DNA from: a virus
Lineage: Duplodnaviria > Caudoviricetes
Strand: one strand, 5' to 3'
IMG/VR virus record: IMGVR_UViG_3300046816_000070
Span: 455 to 64,454 of that record
DNA length: 64,000 nt
Shown here piece after piece: positions 39,325-49,914 of this stretch. The stretch's first letter is position 1. Each line of letters starts with the position of its first letter. A program made the position numbers and the translations under genes. Under the pieces are notes generated by a model. The model had not been told where the DNA came from and did no database searches. It saw only the letters and a list, made by a program, of their open reading frames with translations.

Positions 39325-40353
39325 ATGACCAATGCTGTTACCCCGTTTGCTACCAGTAAGCCCTCTGCCGCCTTCGTGTCGGCTCTGGGTGCTGCCCCGC
39401 AGGAGAGCCTAGCCGAAGGGATCGGCACCAGTTACGGCGTCCTGCATTACAAAGGCAAGGTGTGGTCGCTCCGTTATCGCGGCCAGTCTTACGTTATTAC
39501 CCGTCCTGATGATGGCTCGCCCGCCAATTCGGTGGACTTCATCATCTTGCGGCAGGCTCGCAATAAGTCCAAGTCCTTCTATGCGAAGTGGGACCCGAAT
39601 ACATCGGACGGCGAGCGTCCTATCTGTGCGTCCCTAGACGGCATCACGCCGGATGAGGACGTGCAGAGCAAGCAGGCGAACGCTTGTGCAGTTTGCCCGC
39701 GTAACACTTGGAAGACTATGCCGGATGGTCGCCGCACTAGAGAGTGTTCCGACTACAAGCGGCTGGCAGTACTGCTACTGCCGACGCTGACAACGAGGCT
39801 CCTCGGGTCCCCCCTCTTGGAGCCTGTGTTCTTGCGTATCCCGCCTGCGTCCCTGAATGATCTAGGCACGTTTGGTGATCGCATGAACGCGATGGGCTGG
39901 CATTACTCGTCCTTTGTTACGCGGGCATCCTTTGACCCGACAAGTGAGTACCCCAAGTTCAAGTTCGAGGAGGTAGTCGCTTTGACGGATCAAGAGGCTC
40001 CGGTGGTTCTGCCCATGCGCGATGAGCCGCAGACGTTGCGGATCACGGGTGAGGACAAGACCAGCGCAATACCGGGTGCTGCTCGCCCTCAGTTGGGGTT
40101 TACTCCACAGCCGACAGGGCTGGCCATCGCGCCGCCTGTTCAAACTGCGGCTGTGCTGACGACCCCGACCCCATCTACCGCGCCCCCCGCGCAGCCCTTG
40201 GCCACCCCTACCCCCCAACCAGCCCCTACAACGACTGGTTTGGGTTTTGCGACCGCTGCATCCCCTTCTAAACCGGTTGTCCCAGACACCGGAGAAACAG
40301 TAGAGAGTGACAATGCGCTAGACGAGAAGATCAAATCCATACTGGGTGTCTAA
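39325..40353 (+). CDS. Putative ssDNA-binding/annealing protein
   Basis: P.C.S.DG..P, C..CP.N, LRIPPASL and a Pro-rich then acidic tail, between helicase and primase. Confidence 0.55.
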   Translation: MTNAVTPFATSKPSAAFVSALGAAPQESLAEGIGTSYGVLHYKGKVWSLRYRGQSYVITRPDDGSPANSVDFIILRQARNKSKSFYAKWDPNTSDGERPICASLDGITPDEDVQSKQANACAVCPRNTWKTMPDGRRTRECSDYKRLAVLLLPTLTTRLLGSPLLEPVFLRIPPASLNDLGTFGDRMNAMGWHYSSFVTRASFDPTSEYPKFKFEEVVALTDQEAPVVLPMRDEPQTLRITGEDKTSAIPGAARPQLGFTPQPTGLAIAPPVQTAAVLTTPTPSTAPPAQPLATPTPQPAPTTTGLGFATAASPSKPVVPDTGETVESDNALDEKIKSILGV

Positions 40354-43300
40354 ATGACCCCGGTACAGGAGTTCATGTCTCGTATAGTTCCGTGGCCGGG
40401 GGCTGATGCTCCCGGCTACGTCAACTTGCATTGGCGGGCGAAGAACACGCGGGAGCCTGACAAGAAGTACTGGGGTGGCAAGCCGACCCGGACAGTCACG
40501 GACTTCCTCAAGGCAGCGGCATGGGCATCACAGCGGGACTTCATTGAGGACCTGTACTTTTGCACGTCTCTGCAATCGACGGCTGGCAAGAATACCAAAG
40601 GCAACTCGACGGTGGCACGGTCGAAGGACCTAGCCATATCACTCCGGGCCATATGGCTGGACGTGGACGTGAAGGAGCCGCCCAAGGGATATGCTACGCT
40701 GGACGACGCTATGGCTGGCGTGGCCAAGTTCATCATGGATGCAGAGTTGCCGAAGCCCAGTGCGCTGGTAGCGACAGGCGGCGGCCTGCATGTGTACTGG
40801 ATTAGCGACCGTGATCTGCCGGTAGCCGTGTGGCAACCGTATGCGGACGGATTAAAATTCCTCGCATTGAAGCACGGTCTGCTCTGCGATGCTGGTGTGA
40901 CCAGCGATGCCGCGCGTATCCTGCGTGTGCCCGGCACCTACAACTTCAAGCAGGACCCACCTCGCCCAGTCCTCGTACTGGGTATCAAGCCGAAGGAGTT
41001 GGATTATGACTTTTCGCGTCAACTCGGGATGCTACCCACACTGGTACCTGTACATGCTGCTCCACGGTCAGTTTCCTCCATACTTACGGGGGGACCCAGC
41101 GCGTTATTCTCGGCTCTCCAAACAGATAGTCTATCAGCAGGCATCGAACGCGATGAGACGCCAATCGACTGGATACCGGTCGCGCAGCAATGCGGCTTCA
41201 TCGCGGAAGCGATCAAGACGGGTGGCAAAGATTACAGTCAACCAATGTGGAACCTCTCCACTCTAGCTGCAACCTTCTTGGAGGATGGACATGCTCTTGC
41301 TCATCGAATGGGGAGGAGCCACCCCGGCTACACTCCTGAAAGCACCGAAGCGTTATGGGATCGCAAAGTTCGCGAACGCAAGGATCGCGGCTTGGGATGG
41401 CCCTCATGCTCAGCTATTCAGTCTGCTGGCTGCAAGTCGTGTGCAACCTGCCCGCATTTTAGTAAAGGGAAATCGCCCCTCAATCTCGGTGCCCCGGTCC
41501 AGAAAGTTGAGACGGAAACCGGTGAAGTTTCGCTTGTTCCTGAACCCGAATACGCCCTGCATCTACCCTTCGGATACAAACTCAACAAAGAGGAGCGTAT
41601 CTGCAAGATCGAAGCGGCGAAGGGTAAAGCAGGCGAAGCGGGGGAAACGGTAGAGACACAACTGTTTCACAACAAGATCACTCGCCCTTCGGTAGAGGGG
41701 TCGCCTAAGGCTATCAGCTTTACGGTGACTACCGACAAGGGGCGATCTGAACGAGTTACGATACTAGCCCAAAATATCGTGAACTCGACGCAAATGTGGA
41801 CGATGTTGCAGGCACAAGGCTTGCTCCCGATCCCACGGCAACGGGCAAATTGTGAGGAGTTTCTCATGGCATGGTTAAACAAACTACAGGAAGCAAAGGC
41901 CGCGTTGGCGTCCACTCCCTTCGGGTGGTGGCGCGACGAGGAAGGTGCCCGCAAAGGGTTCGTGTACGGTGGCACCATTATGAAACAGGACGGGTCTGAG
42001 GTACCCAATGGGCAAGGCGACCGCAATCTGCGGGCGTTGTACACCCCGAAGGGAAGCCTCAAGCCGTGGTTCGATGCGCTGAAAGTCATCACAGACCAGA
42101 AGCGACCGGACCTAGAGGCCATCGTGGCAGCGGCGTTCGCTGCCCCACTGGTCGTGACCCCGGCAGAGTATAGCTGTATGCTCGCCGTCTGGGGTCCGTC
42201 TGCGGCGTTCAAGTCCACTGCGATGAAGGTTGGCCTCTCAGTATGGGGCCATCCCAAGTTGACCAAGGAAGTCACCAAGTCAACGGCTCGTAGCGTCCTG
42301 CACAAGATGGGCGAGACGAAGAACCTGCCGCTGTACTGGGACGAAATCCGCGAGGACACCCTACAAAATCTGTACGAGGTGTTCTTCGATGCCACGCTGG
42401 GTGTTGAAGGATCGCGGCTTACGTCACAGGTTGTCCAGCGGGACAAGGGCGACTGGCAGACCATGATGATAACCGCGTCCAACTATAACTTTGTGGACTA
42501 TTTGATAAACATGCAGAAGTCCACGGACGCCGGTATTCACCGGGTCTTTGAATACGAAATGACCGCGCCCCCCGATCAGGGTCCGGGCATCATGTCCACG
42601 ATGGAGGCCAGCCGCATCATGCAGGAGTTGGAGAACAACTACGGCGCGATGGGGATGAAGTACGCCAAGCTACTCGCTCTCGATCCTGCGGGCGTAGACA
42701 AGATGACCAACGAAATCTGCGAGAGTTTCGCGAAGGAAGTCGCGCAGACGAAGAAGGAACGGTTGTGGGTGTCCACTGCCGGGACCATCTTGGCAGGTGC
42801 CAAGCTGGCGAACATGCTGGGTGCCACGTTCGATGAGGTTGCCCTGCATCAGTTCTTGGTCAAGACGTACTTGGCCAACCGGGAGCGGCGTAAGGAAGAA
42901 GCGTTGGAAGGTGGGACCGCCATACACGTTGACGAAATACTGGCGAACTTCCTGCGCGATAACCGGGACCACACGATCTACACTGACACCTTCCCACATG
43001 GTAAAGGCAAGCCGCCGTCTATCACGATCATCCATGCTCCGCAGATCGACCGGGGCAAGGGGGTCAAGGTACACTTTGCGGTGCATGACAATCTGCTGCG
43101 GTTCTCTCGGACTGAGTTCAGGAAGTATCTAGGCTTCCAGAAGATCGGCCCGGCCTCCGTCATGCGGGGTCTGAACGAACACTACGGCGCGTTCCCGGCC
43201 AACGCTATGCTGGCTGCGAGTACGCCGTGGGCAGTAGGGCAGGCCCATCTGATCTGCATCCCGGTTAAGGAGGGTACACCGTTGTTTGAACTGATGACTG

Positions 43301-43362
43301 CGCACAGGCCAGTAGTGGAGGCTCCTAGTGGACTTACGATCCAGCCCGCAGCCGCATCTTAA
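40354..43362 (+). CDS. Primase-helicase (RepB-like AEP primase, Cys cluster, DUF927-type helicase)
   Basis: WLDVD, TGGGLHVYW, D.ARILRVPGT.N, C..C..CP, GPSAAFKST (Walker A-like) and WDE. Confidence 0.85.
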   Translation: MTPVQEFMSRIVPWPGADAPGYVNLHWRAKNTREPDKKYWGGKPTRTVTDFLKAAAWASQRDFIEDLYFCTSLQSTAGKNTKGNSTVARSKDLAISLRAIWLDVDVKEPPKGYATLDDAMAGVAKFIMDAELPKPSALVATGGGLHVYWISDRDLPVAVWQPYADGLKFLALKHGLLCDAGVTSDAARILRVPGTYNFKQDPPRPVLVLGIKPKELDYDFSRQLGMLPTLVPVHAAPRSVSSILTGGPSALFSALQTDSLSAGIERDETPIDWIPVAQQCGFIAEAIKTGGKDYSQPMWNLSTLAATFLEDGHALAHRMGRSHPGYTPESTEALWDRKVRERKDRGLGWPSCSAIQSAGCKSCATCPHFSKGKSPLNLGAPVQKVETETGEVSLVPEPEYALHLPFGYKLNKEERICKIEAAKGKAGEAGETVETQLFHNKITRPSVEGSPKAISFTVTTDKGRSERVTILAQNIVNSTQMWTMLQAQGLLPIPRQRANCEEFLMAWLNKLQEAKAALASTPFGWWRDEEGARKGFVYGGTIMKQDGSEVPNGQGDRNLRALYTPKGSLKPWFDALKVITDQKRPDLEAIVAAAFAAPLVVTPAEYSCMLAVWGPSAAFKSTAMKVGLSVWGHPKLTKEVTKSTARSVLHKMGETKNLPLYWDEIREDTLQNLYEVFFDATLGVEGSRLTSQVVQRDKGDWQTMMITASNYNFVDYLINMQKSTDAGIHRVFEYEMTAPPDQGPGIMSTMEASRIMQELENNYGAMGMKYAKLLALDPAGVDKMTNEICESFAKEVAQTKKERLWVSTAGTILAGAKLANMLGATFDEVALHQFLVKTYLANRERRKEEALEGGTAIHVDEILANFLRDNRDHTIYTDTFPHGKGKPPSITIIHAPQIDRGKGVKVHFAVHDNLLRFSRTEFRKYLGFQKIGPASVMRGLNEHYGAFPANAMLAASTPWAVGQAHLICIPVKEGTPLFELMTAHRPVVEAPSGLTIQPAAAS

Positions 43363-43612
43363 CGTCTGTCCGTTCTGCGGTGGCGGCGAGACAAGCGTCG
43401 AAGAAAAGCACTTGTCGCCCCGCATGGATGGACCCGGTGCGCTGATAAGCGTAGCGATACGGCATTGGTGTACGCCGTTCCCCGGAGCGGTACAGCAGTT
43501 CAGGGAGTGTAGAGGAAGGGATATGGACAGTGCTGTTGGTGCCTACAATAGAACTACAGCCACCGAACAGCAGTCCACGTCCCCGCAAACGCGCCCATCG
43601 CCACCGGGATAA
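43328..43612 (+). CDS. Lar-like zinc-finger protein
   Basis: CPFCGG near the N-terminus and A...YNR near the C-terminus. Start is uncertain. Confidence 0.45.
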   Translation: MDLRSSPQPHLNVCPFCGGGETSVEEKHLSPRMDGPGALISVAIRHWCTPFPGAVQQFRECRGRDMDSAVGAYNRTTATEQQSTSPQTRPSPPG

Positions 43613-43784
43613 CCATCCAGTGGTTATCGACCACGTTGATAACCATGACGGTGTTGCAGAGCATGATCCCAGCAGCGTAAAGACCGGCCATCGTTGGCCG
43701 GTTTTTTATTACCGATTTTGTATATAGAGCAAACACTACGTCCATCAGGAACATCGAGACAAAGGCCATGATGATCTGGGTCAT
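43554..43784 (-). CDS. Small multi-pass membrane protein
   Basis: Three hydrophobic segments from ATG 43784 (ATGA overlap). Confidence 0.6.
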   Translation of the reverse strand: MTQIIMAFVSMFLMDVVFALYTKSVIKNRPTMAGLYAAGIMLCNTVMVINVVDNHWMVIPVAMGAFAGTWTAVRWL

Positions 43785-44242
43785 TTGTGTAACCTGTATC
43801 CTTCCTTCTTGAGATAGAGGCGGCATTGCTTGTACAGCCAGTAGGTCCGACCGGCTGCATTGATTTCCCACGGGGCGTTCCAGTAGGCGTCGTTCTGCTT
43901 CATAAAGTCTCCGGTATAGACCCGTCCGTTCCATGCAGTCCCTTTACCGGTTTCCTGCATGGCCCCGCTGAGGTACTGCTCAACGTGGATCATTTCGTGC
44001 GCCAGATCATTCAACACTTGATAGGGTCCAGTCAAGGGGGAGCAGCTTATAGTGAACCTGTTGCGCCGTTTCCGGGGCCACATTTCAGCCCGGAACTTGG
44101 CAGCCTTTTCAGTGAAACGCAGGTGGACGTTGAGGTTCTTTAGGTCGCGGACAGTGATTAGCTTGCGGGCATAGAACCGCATAGCCTCACGCACGATATG
44201 GTTGGAGAGGGCCTTCGATCTGCCTTTGATTTCAATCCGCAC
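43781..44242 (-). CDS. Zincin metallopeptidase (HExxH)
   Basis: LAHEMIHVEQY...Y...PWE..A. Confidence 0.8.
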   Translation of the reverse strand: MRIEIKGRSKALSNHIVREAMRFYARKLITVRDLKNLNVHLRFTEKAAKFRAEMWPRKRRNRFTISCSPLTGPYQVLNDLAHEMIHVEQYLSGAMQETGKGTAWNGRVYTGDFMKQNDAYWNAPWEINAAGRTYWLYKQCRLYLKKEGYRLHK

Positions 44243-44251
44243 TGATGCCCC

Positions 44252-44443
44252 CTATTTATGATCGAAGTAGTCACACAATCCTCCAAACCGTATCACTCCT
44301 GCTACGGCGGTACATGATTTAGGGGGGCGGAACATTGTACAAATCCCGCAATGCTCGGACGGAGTGCCGTCGCGATAGTCAGCCTCGGCTTTGGTGGACT
44401 TCTTATCGGAAGCCCAGCCGTCTTTGGTACCGTAGTCGCGCAT
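44252..44443 (-). CDS. HiPIP-like four-cysteine iron-sulfur protein without signal peptide
   Basis: K.TK....Y....P..HCGICTMF.PP..C..V.G.I...G.C.YF. Start at ATG 44443. Confidence 0.7.
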   Translation of the reverse strand: MRDYGTKDGWASDKKSTKAEADYRDGTPSEHCGICTMFRPPKSCTAVAGVIRFGGLCDYFDHK

Positions 44444-44445
44444 GG

Positions 44446-44790
44446 TCAGCCCTTTGGCTTGACCGGCGTCAGGCATTTATCGCCTGTCCGCTTGGCCGGG
44501 GACCCTTTGGAACCGTAATCTTGGTTCTGCTTGTCTGTGCGGAACGTGTCCGGTTCCTTCATAAAATCGCGGGTGCGGCCCAGAACAGGGCCGCCAGCGG
44601 CATATGCGGCCCCGAAGGTGCCGTAACTCTTTGACCTTGCCATAGATGGCCCCTTTACCGTTCCGCCCTCTCTGTGGGCTTCTCCGGGGAAATGCCCCCC
44701 GTTTGCGTAGTACAGCTTGACTTGGGCGCTGTTGAAGTGCCTCCCGGACGGGGAGGTATAGTCGTTATCTTTGACCTTCTGGAATGGCAT
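44446..44790 (-). CDS. Small basic virion-associated protein with [FY]AxGG motifs
   Basis: YYANGG and AYAAGGPV, with a GGAGG SD. Confidence 0.65.
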   Translation of the reverse strand: MPFQKVKDNDYTSPSGRHFNSAQVKLYYANGGHFPGEAHREGGTVKGPSMARSKSYGTFGAAYAAGGPVLGRTRDFMKEPDTFRTDKQNQDYGSKGSPAKRTGDKCLTPVKPKG

Positions 44791-44814
44791 AGCCCGCCTC
44801 CGTTAATGAATGGT

Positions 44815-47800
44815 TTACTGGGTCACACTGTCGTAGAACCGTTTGAGCGGGTCCTTCTCGGACTTCATTTCCTGCCGCCGCGCCCGCAGATCGTATTTCG
44901 CCTTTAAGTTCTTGAACTTAACGGCGCTGTCGGTCGGGTTCGTTATGCCCAACAACTGGTCGCGGATCACGCCGGGGATGCTTTGTTTATTCTCTGTTAA
45001 CCCGCCAGCAGCGAGGTTATAGGGGGCCACCAGCCCTCGGGCAGTGAACTCCGCAGCCGACAGCGCAGCGCGGCCCAGCGCCTTCGGGCTGCCATGTGCA
45101 GCCTCTTTAATATCCTCGGGCTGCACGATAGACCGGCCAGCGAAATTCTGATTTCGCAACAGCGAGGTGACAGTGTTCGCCAGCGGCGGGATGGTAAACG
45201 TGTCCCGTAGCGCCTGCCCTATATCCTTCTCGCCCACGCCTGCCCTATAGACATTGGTCGGGATAGTTAACGGTCCCATTGGCCGCACCTCGGCGTCCTC
45301 GTTGCCGGTGAGAACCTGAGCCACCTTGTCCAAGCCGCCCTTGACCACTGTCCCCAAGAACGCCAGCGCGGCCAACTGGCCTAGCGCATCCATGCGTTCC
45401 TTCGGGGTACCCGGCTTCAAGGCGCGATTGAATATATCTCCGAAGAACCGGATCACGCCAACGTGATAAGGTCCAAAGGCCATAGTCGCCGGGTCTGCCA
45501 TCAGCTTGGCCATGAAGCGGCCACCCTCGCCGGACCCCATGAAGTGAGTTCCGATCTTGTAGTTCGGGATCAGCTTCTCCACCTGTGCGATAGCGGCTTC
45601 GCGGCTCATACCTTGAGCCTCGCGTTCCAGCACCGCCTGCACCGGGATCATGTCTGCGCCTGTCCACATATAATGGCTGGACTTATCGTACAGGTTCTTC
45701 ACGAAGTCGCGGGCAGGGACGCCAGCGATCTTAGCCAGTAACTCAAAGCTGCGGCTATTGGATCGGATCACCTGCCCGGCTGCCTTGCCCAGCCGTTCCA
45801 TGTCAGTGCCTTGCATCCCGGACATTAGGGTTAACCCCTTGTCCCGCAGATCAGCAATCAGATCGTCCTGTGCCAGCACGGACTTCATGGCGCGGGCGCT
45901 AGTTTCGCCCAGCACCTTGTATGCGTTCGGTTTGAGCCACTCGTTGCCACGGGCAGCAAAGCCAAAGCCACCTACGTTCAGTAAGTGCATGGTCGGGAAC
46001 AGATAGATCAGCTTGGTCACGCCCTGACTGATCTGGCGTACCCAGTTGAACGCATCGTCATGGAAGCCGGGCTGATGGTAGTCATCCAAGAACGCAGCCA
46101 ACTGCTTGTCCATGTACCAGTTCTTGAAGGTAGGCATCTTGGTCTGTACCCACCCGTTCTTGTCAATGCGCGGGTCCTTCGGATCGGTCGTCGCGTGTGC
46201 CCGCCACTCCGGGTCTTCCGCCTTCATCTTGCCGAAGTACTCATGCTCCAAGCCGAAGTTCACCAGATCGCGCATATTGCGGGCCAGTGACAGCGGCAGG
46301 TTGCGGGCGTACTGTGGCGGCTGCCCGTTCTCTAACAGGGCATTGTCCTCGATAGCTTTTATTGGGGCCTCGACCATAGTGTACCGCTGCCCGTCAGGCG
46401 CGGTATAGGCTTTACCCTGCTCGAACGTAAAGGAAGGGTCTTTCACGCTGGTAGCTTTGTGATTGTTCCAGAACGCGAAGCCTTCGGGCGACGGCGTGAT
46501 GACTTGCACCTTGCCCTTTTGCGGGCCATCTGCATACTCTAAGCCATTAAAGGCGCGTTCCCGCATGGAGCCGCGACCGCTTACCCGCAGGTTACGGGAC
46601 AGCATTGGGTCATCGCTACGGCCAGAGAGGTACTTCTGGTACTCGGCGCTATTTGGGCCGTTCAACAGGACGCGCCCGGTATGGTTCTCGATCAACTGCC
46701 CCATTTCCTCCGGGGCAATCTCCTTGACGTTATGCGCCAGCACGTCCTTAATGTCTTCCATCGGCTTCAAATGCATGTAGTAATCCGCCCGCAGATCGGC
46801 AGGCAGATCGTCTATACGATTGTCAGCCTTGGCCTCGTACACCTCAGGCGAGAACAGTTGCGGGTGGGTCTTGCGCAGTTCAGTCAATTTCTGTTCGGTC
46901 TTCTGCACGAAGTTCTTACGGGCACTATCCATTTCGGTCAGCCGTTTATCCAACGCCTTGGCGTACTCCGGGGCAGACCGGATCGGATACGGCTTCTCCG
47001 GGGAGACGGCTTCGCTCTCGACGCCCTCACCTTCCGGTGTAGCCTTCACGCCATAGGCTTCTTCCAGCGTCGGCTCGCGGCGCGACGGAACTTCTTTCTG
47101 CGGCGGCGGGTTGATTTCGCTTTCTGTATTAGCAGCCTTGGCTTCCTCTACCTTCTTCAAGCCTGCTTCCAAGATCGCCTTGTTTGCCGCATCATACCCC
47201 AGACTGTCAGACGGACGCGGTATCTTCTTGCGGGCCATAGGCTGCATCTTGGTCTTGAGCAGTTGCGCTTCGATCTGGGCGAACTTGGCGTCTCGCTCAG
47301 GCCCAATATTCAACTCCTCCAAGGTGTCAGCCAGCTTGTCGTATTTCATTGAGCGCAGCTTATCGAGAACGCGATCTTCTTTCTGCTCCCGCTTTAGACG
47401 TTCTCCGAGTGTCTCCTCCGCAGCCTCAGGCTCGGCGGCAACAGCTTTCTTAATCAGAGTGGACTGCTCTGTCGTCTGTCCCTTGGCGACGTTACGGGCA
47501 GCCTGCTTGATCTGTGCATAGTCAATGTCGCTCTTGGCCTTGCCCTTCTTCGATAGCTCGGCTTCCATCCGGTTGTTCTTCTCGAACTCCGCATAGTCCT
47601 CGGGCTTGCCACGGATCAGCAGTTCGTCGCCTTTGAACTTTTGATAAGGCTCAACGGGACCGTTCTCGGGGAACTTGCCCTCCAAGAAGTCTTTGGCATG
47701 ACGCTGCAAGCGCCACGCGGGCGGCTTGCCCAGCCGCGCCATTTCGTAGTTCTCAACAGGCAGCTTCCCATTGCCGACCAGTTTGGCGGCTTCGATCAGG

Positions 47801-49905
47801 TTCTTCCTGTCTGCATCAGTCAGGTTGCTGCCTTCTCGATTGGCCTCCTCTATCATACGCTCAGCTTCCTTCTTGGCTTCGGCCTTTGCCGCGCCCAAGA
47901 TTGCCTGCGCCCGATCCTTAACCTGCTCCTCTGTCTCGTTGGCTTTCGGTGCCAGCTTCTTATCCGCCAGCAGCCGGTCGTTAATATCGTGGATGCGGCT
48001 GTACGCAATCGCATCGGAAGCGTATTTTGTTCGCACCTTCTTACCAGTGGCCGGGTTGAGGTAGTTGTCCACTTCCAGCTTTTTGTATGTCTCCGGGTTG
48101 CGTACCCTGATGTTCTTCAACTCGCCGGGGGCTTCACCCGTCTGACTGTGCATGGCAGCCCATGTACGGGCAGCGGCTTGCTCACGCTCCTGACCGGGGG
48201 GCAGGGCATCAATGTTGTTAGCCAGCTTCGCCATGCTCTTGTCGCCGGTAGCCCGCAACGCCTTGATGGTTTTGTCGGACACTTCGGTATTGGTGTAGCG
48301 GCCCGGACGAGGCTTACGTTCCATCGGCTCTGCACCTTTCGGCGCAAAGATGTTCATCATCTTCTCGAACTCGGAAGCCGGTTCTTGGGGGGTAGCTTCC
48401 TTCACGGGAGGTTCTTTTAACGCACCAGCGGGCTTCTCTGGGAGAGACAATTTCTGTTTCGGCGCTTTCTGCTTGCTTGCGGCAGCCGCCTCCGTTGCAG
48501 CGGGAGGTGGTTCAGCCTTCGCAAGACTTATCTCCCTCGCCCGCTGCGCCAACGGATGCTCGGGGTTCGCTGCTATGAACTGGGGCGAATTGGTTTCCAC
48601 ATTAGGCGGCCTGCGCACTGGCGGCATAGGCCGACGAGGGGGCGCAACCGGAGCAGGCTGCGGAGCCTGCGGTACATCAGGATTAGGGCCGCTACCGAAG
48701 TCGGTACCGGGAGGATACATAGGTGGCGTCTGTTGCGCCTGTTGAGGTTGCGGCTGTTGCTCTGGGCGCGGAGTGGCCGCAGGTTCTTTGTCGCCGCCAA
48801 TCGCTGCTTGAATAGCAGGATCGTCAGCCATAGACTGCACAACGCGAACAGATTGCTCGGGCAAGTCACCGGGTTTCACCGGGCTGCTGCCTAGGTCAGT
48901 TCCCTCAGGATACAAGGGGGGCGGTTGATTAGGTGCATCTTTATCCTGCCGCGTCTTGTTGCCTGCGCTCTCCGTCACACGGAAGCCGCTGAACGGTTGC
49001 TCCTTGGTGGAGGGAGCAGCTTGCGATGCGGCACTATAGTTGTCGCCGGTTCGGACGAACGGCTGTACGGCATCCTTGTCAGCCTGTGTCTGTTCCGGGG
49101 TTTGATCCGGCTCTCGCTCCGGTCGGATCGTTTCGTTCGGCTGAACTTCTTTCAGGTTCGATAGATCAGGGCGACCGGCAGGGAAGTACTTGCCAGCAAA
49201 GTCAGCGCCATACTTGGAGAACCTTGCGGCCTGCGGTTCGGCCCACCCTCGCGGCTTGCTGAGTAACGCGCCGCCCGCCGCCTGTACGCCAGCCTCGGTC
49301 CAGTCAATGGGATTAGGTCCAGCCGCCTGCTGTGCAACGTCGATAGCACCCATACCCGCGCCCATCAGCAAGCGTTGCGCCAGCTTGGTGGACAGATCGC
49401 CAATACGGAATGTCGCAACAGCAGGGGCTAATTCACCGATGTTGGAAGAAAGAGGGTTCTCCTGCCGGTTAGCCGCCCGCTGTTCTGTATCGTTCAGGCC
49501 CGCTGCATCGAGTGCGCTTTCCTGTAATTTACTGCCAACATAGGCACCGGGGATTGCGCCTAGAGCGCCACCGATGATGCCGCCCGCTACGGTACCGATA
49601 CCCGGTGCGACGGCAGAACCGATCAGCCCACCAGCCTCAGCACCGGCCAACATGCCGGGAGCGCCCGCAGCAAATGGAACAACGGAATGGGCCGCCTCGC
49701 GTAGCCCGCTGGCAACCATACCCTCAGGTTGAGGAGGAGCCTGTCGGCGTTGCGGGGCGGGCTGGTCAACAGGTGTAAAACCTGCCGACTGTAACTGATC
49801 TAGCGAGTATCCTTGATCTGACGATTGCTCAGGCGCAGGCGTGTCGGCAGGGGTGAAGCCAGCCGATTGCAACTGCTCTAGAGTGTAGCCTTGATCGTCA
49901 GCCAC
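44815..49905 (-). CDS. Large internal virion (ejection) protein
   Basis: 1696 aa with an N-terminal tandem repeat, Gly/Ala-rich hydrophobic helices and a helical C-terminus. Last of three large genes after the tail gene. Confidence 0.7.
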   Translation of the reverse strand: MADDQGYTLEQLQSAGFTPADTPAPEQSSDQGYSLDQLQSAGFTPVDQPAPQRRQAPPQPEGMVASGLREAAHSVVPFAAGAPGMLAGAEAGGLIGSAVAPGIGTVAGGIIGGALGAIPGAYVGSKLQESALDAAGLNDTEQRAANRQENPLSSNIGELAPAVATFRIGDLSTKLAQRLLMGAGMGAIDVAQQAAGPNPIDWTEAGVQAAGGALLSKPRGWAEPQAARFSKYGADFAGKYFPAGRPDLSNLKEVQPNETIRPEREPDQTPEQTQADKDAVQPFVRTGDNYSAASQAAPSTKEQPFSGFRVTESAGNKTRQDKDAPNQPPPLYPEGTDLGSSPVKPGDLPEQSVRVVQSMADDPAIQAAIGGDKEPAATPRPEQQPQPQQAQQTPPMYPPGTDFGSGPNPDVPQAPQPAPVAPPRRPMPPVRRPPNVETNSPQFIAANPEHPLAQRAREISLAKAEPPPAATEAAAASKQKAPKQKLSLPEKPAGALKEPPVKEATPQEPASEFEKMMNIFAPKGAEPMERKPRPGRYTNTEVSDKTIKALRATGDKSMAKLANNIDALPPGQEREQAAARTWAAMHSQTGEAPGELKNIRVRNPETYKKLEVDNYLNPATGKKVRTKYASDAIAYSRIHDINDRLLADKKLAPKANETEEQVKDRAQAILGAAKAEAKKEAERMIEEANREGSNLTDADRKNLIEAAKLVGNGKLPVENYEMARLGKPPAWRLQRHAKDFLEGKFPENGPVEPYQKFKGDELLIRGKPEDYAEFEKNNRMEAELSKKGKAKSDIDYAQIKQAARNVAKGQTTEQSTLIKKAVAAEPEAAEETLGERLKREQKEDRVLDKLRSMKYDKLADTLEELNIGPERDAKFAQIEAQLLKTKMQPMARKKIPRPSDSLGYDAANKAILEAGLKKVEEAKAANTESEINPPPQKEVPSRREPTLEEAYGVKATPEGEGVESEAVSPEKPYPIRSAPEYAKALDKRLTEMDSARKNFVQKTEQKLTELRKTHPQLFSPEVYEAKADNRIDDLPADLRADYYMHLKPMEDIKDVLAHNVKEIAPEEMGQLIENHTGRVLLNGPNSAEYQKYLSGRSDDPMLSRNLRVSGRGSMRERAFNGLEYADGPQKGKVQVITPSPEGFAFWNNHKATSVKDPSFTFEQGKAYTAPDGQRYTMVEAPIKAIEDNALLENGQPPQYARNLPLSLARNMRDLVNFGLEHEYFGKMKAEDPEWRAHATTDPKDPRIDKNGWVQTKMPTFKNWYMDKQLAAFLDDYHQPGFHDDAFNWVRQISQGVTKLIYLFPTMHLLNVGGFGFAARGNEWLKPNAYKVLGETSARAMKSVLAQDDLIADLRDKGLTLMSGMQGTDMERLGKAAGQVIRSNSRSFELLAKIAGVPARDFVKNLYDKSSHYMWTGADMIPVQAVLEREAQGMSREAAIAQVEKLIPNYKIGTHFMGSGEGGRFMAKLMADPATMAFGPYHVGVIRFFGDIFNRALKPGTPKERMDALGQLAALAFLGTVVKGGLDKVAQVLTGNEDAEVRPMGPLTIPTNVYRAGVGEKDIGQALRDTFTIPPLANTVTSLLRNQNFAGRSIVQPEDIKEAAHGSPKALGRAALSAAEFTARGLVAPYNLAAGGLTENKQSIPGVIRDQLLGITNPTDSAVKFKNLKAKYDLRARRQEMKSEKDPLKRFYDSVTQ

Positions 49906-49914
49906 CTTAGCACC

